From Candidatus Latescibacterota bacterium (GTDB lineage: Bacteria > Latescibacterota > CBDEFO01), in the NCBI GenBank assembly GCA_965237525.1, contig CBDEFO010000007.1, positions 320,001-384,000 on the forward strand: a stretch of DNA of 64,000 nucleotides. Direction: 5' to 3'. Each line of letters begins with the position of its first letter. Position 1 is the first letter of the stretch. Made by a program: the position numbers and the translations under genes. The notes under the pieces were generated by a model, which was not told where the DNA came from, did not search any database, and saw only the letters and a list, made by a program, of their open reading frames with translations. Of this stretch, positions 62,890-64,000 are shown piece after piece.

Positions 62890-64000
62890 TTGGAACAATC
62901 AGTATTGGTACGGTTAGGGGTCTGCGCAGCTATCGGGGCACTCGGTTGGGTCGTTCCCGCGCCGGACGGGATCAGCACGAGCGGGTGGCACCTGGTCGGG
63001 ATTTTCGTCGCCACCATTGCAAGTTTCCTCATCAAGCCGTTGGCGATGGGGCCCATGGTTCTGCTGGCTCTGGTTGCGCTTGCGGCCACAGGCACGATCG
63101 AATTGAAAGCCCTGCTGCATGGGTTTGGAGACCAGACCGTGTGGCTGGTGGTCGCCGCGTTCCTGATCGCCGGCACGGTTGAGCGAACCGGGTTCGGCAG
63201 GCGCATCGCGTTGTTGCTGGTCAAGCGCCTCGGTAGGTCCATGCTGGGCCTTGGCTATGCGCAGTGTGGTGCGGAGCTCATCCTTGGGCCAGTGGTGCCG
63301 TCCAACACCGCGCGCGGCGGCGGGATCCTCGCGCCGATCGCCCAATCCCTCGCCAGGTCGTTGCAGTCGGAGCCAGATACCGAGACTCGCGAGAAAGCTG
63401 GGGCATACCTGACCCTGGTGGGTGCCCACGCCAATCTGATCACCGCGGCAATGTTCATGACCGGTATGGCGGCGAACCCATTGGTTGCCAATGCGGCTGC
63501 AGATGTACTCGGCATCGAATTCGGCTGGGGCGCGTGGGCCCTCGGCGGCTTGGTGCCGGGGCTGGTCGGTCTCGGACTGCTGCCGTTGTGGATGCGCTTG
63601 TTGTCTACGCCGGAGTTGAAGAGCACCGCAGAGGCTCAGAAGCGGGCTACTCAAGAGCTCGACGGGATGGGTGCCCTTTCGCGCGAGGAGAAGATTACGG
63701 GGGCCGTTTTCGTGCTCCTGCTGGTTCTGTGGTCGACGAAGCCAATTAACGGTATGGGCACGGCACTCGTTGCCTGGATCGGCGTGCTGGTTCTGCAGCT
63801 GACCGAAGTCGACGCGTGGGACGACGTCAAGAACAACGCCAAGGCTTGGGACTGTCTCGTATGGCTGGGCGGCCTGCTTACTATGGCCAACGCTCTCAAA
63901 GGCCTGGGCGTCGTCGACTGGTTTGCCGTGTCCGTGCAGACCCAGGTCTCCGGGCTTTCCGGCCTTGTCGTTGTTGTGACGCTGGGCCTCATCTACTTCT
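62890..64000 (+). CDS. DASS-family anion symporter (CitT/TtdT-like); runs off the window and is absent from the ORF track
   Basis: Read manually: GWHLVGIFVATI, WLVVAAFLIA, TGFGRRIA, PSNTARGGGI, MFMTGMAANP, AWDCLVWLG. Confidence 0.9.
   Translation, partial: MEQSVLVRLGVCAAIGALGWVVPAPDGISTSGWHLVGIFVATIASFLIKPLAMGPMVLLALVALAATGTIELKALLHGFGDQTVWLVVAAFLIAGTVERTGFGRRIALLLVKRLGRSMLGLGYAQCGAELILGPVVPSNTARGGGILAPIAQSLARSLQSEPDTETREKAGAYLTLVGAHANLITAAMFMTGMAANPLVANAAADVLGIEFGWGAWALGGLVPGLVGLGLLPLWMRLLSTPELKSTAEAQKRATQELDGMGALSREEKITGAVFVLLLVLWSTKPINGMGTALVAWIGVLVLQLTEVDAWDDVKNNAKAWDCLVWLGGLLTMANALKGLGVVDWFAVSVQTQVSGLSGLVVVVTLGLIYF

Overview
Bacterial chromosome segment. The C-terminal 'QNYPNPFNP' secretion-domain protein, FG-GAP proteins and PhyH/TauD cargo suggest an FCB-group lineage such as Latescibacterota or KSB1 (inference only). 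1-14.8 kb: intact housekeeping run (topA, xerC, hslV, hslU, argF, Ig-like lipoprotein, yicC, gmk, rpoZ, coaBC, udg, dnaB) with many small intergenic repeats. 15.4-34.6 kb: the most interesting part, a candidate bacterial ether / membrane-spanning lipid locus. It holds a tetraether-synthase (Tes/GDGT-MAS)-like radical SAM gene, PlsR- and PlsA/Ger-like ester-reductase genes, Fe-S/redox accessory genes and two B12-dependent radical SAM genes. Three copies of one IS1182-family element hit only its regulatory parts, and a promoter-driven ~95-bp antisense copy of the plsR-like gene lies between two of them. 35-46 kb: mixed metabolic genes and orphan antitoxins. 46-64 kb: accessory mosaic with an integron-integrase remnant, attC-like sites, a cassette-like gene, a duplicated promoter/IS3-end module, a fourth IS1182 copy and gene fragments. 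About ten small indels all read as insertions, so several apparent pseudogenes (including the Tes homolog) may be sequence errors. No rRNA, tRNA or CRISPR array was seen.
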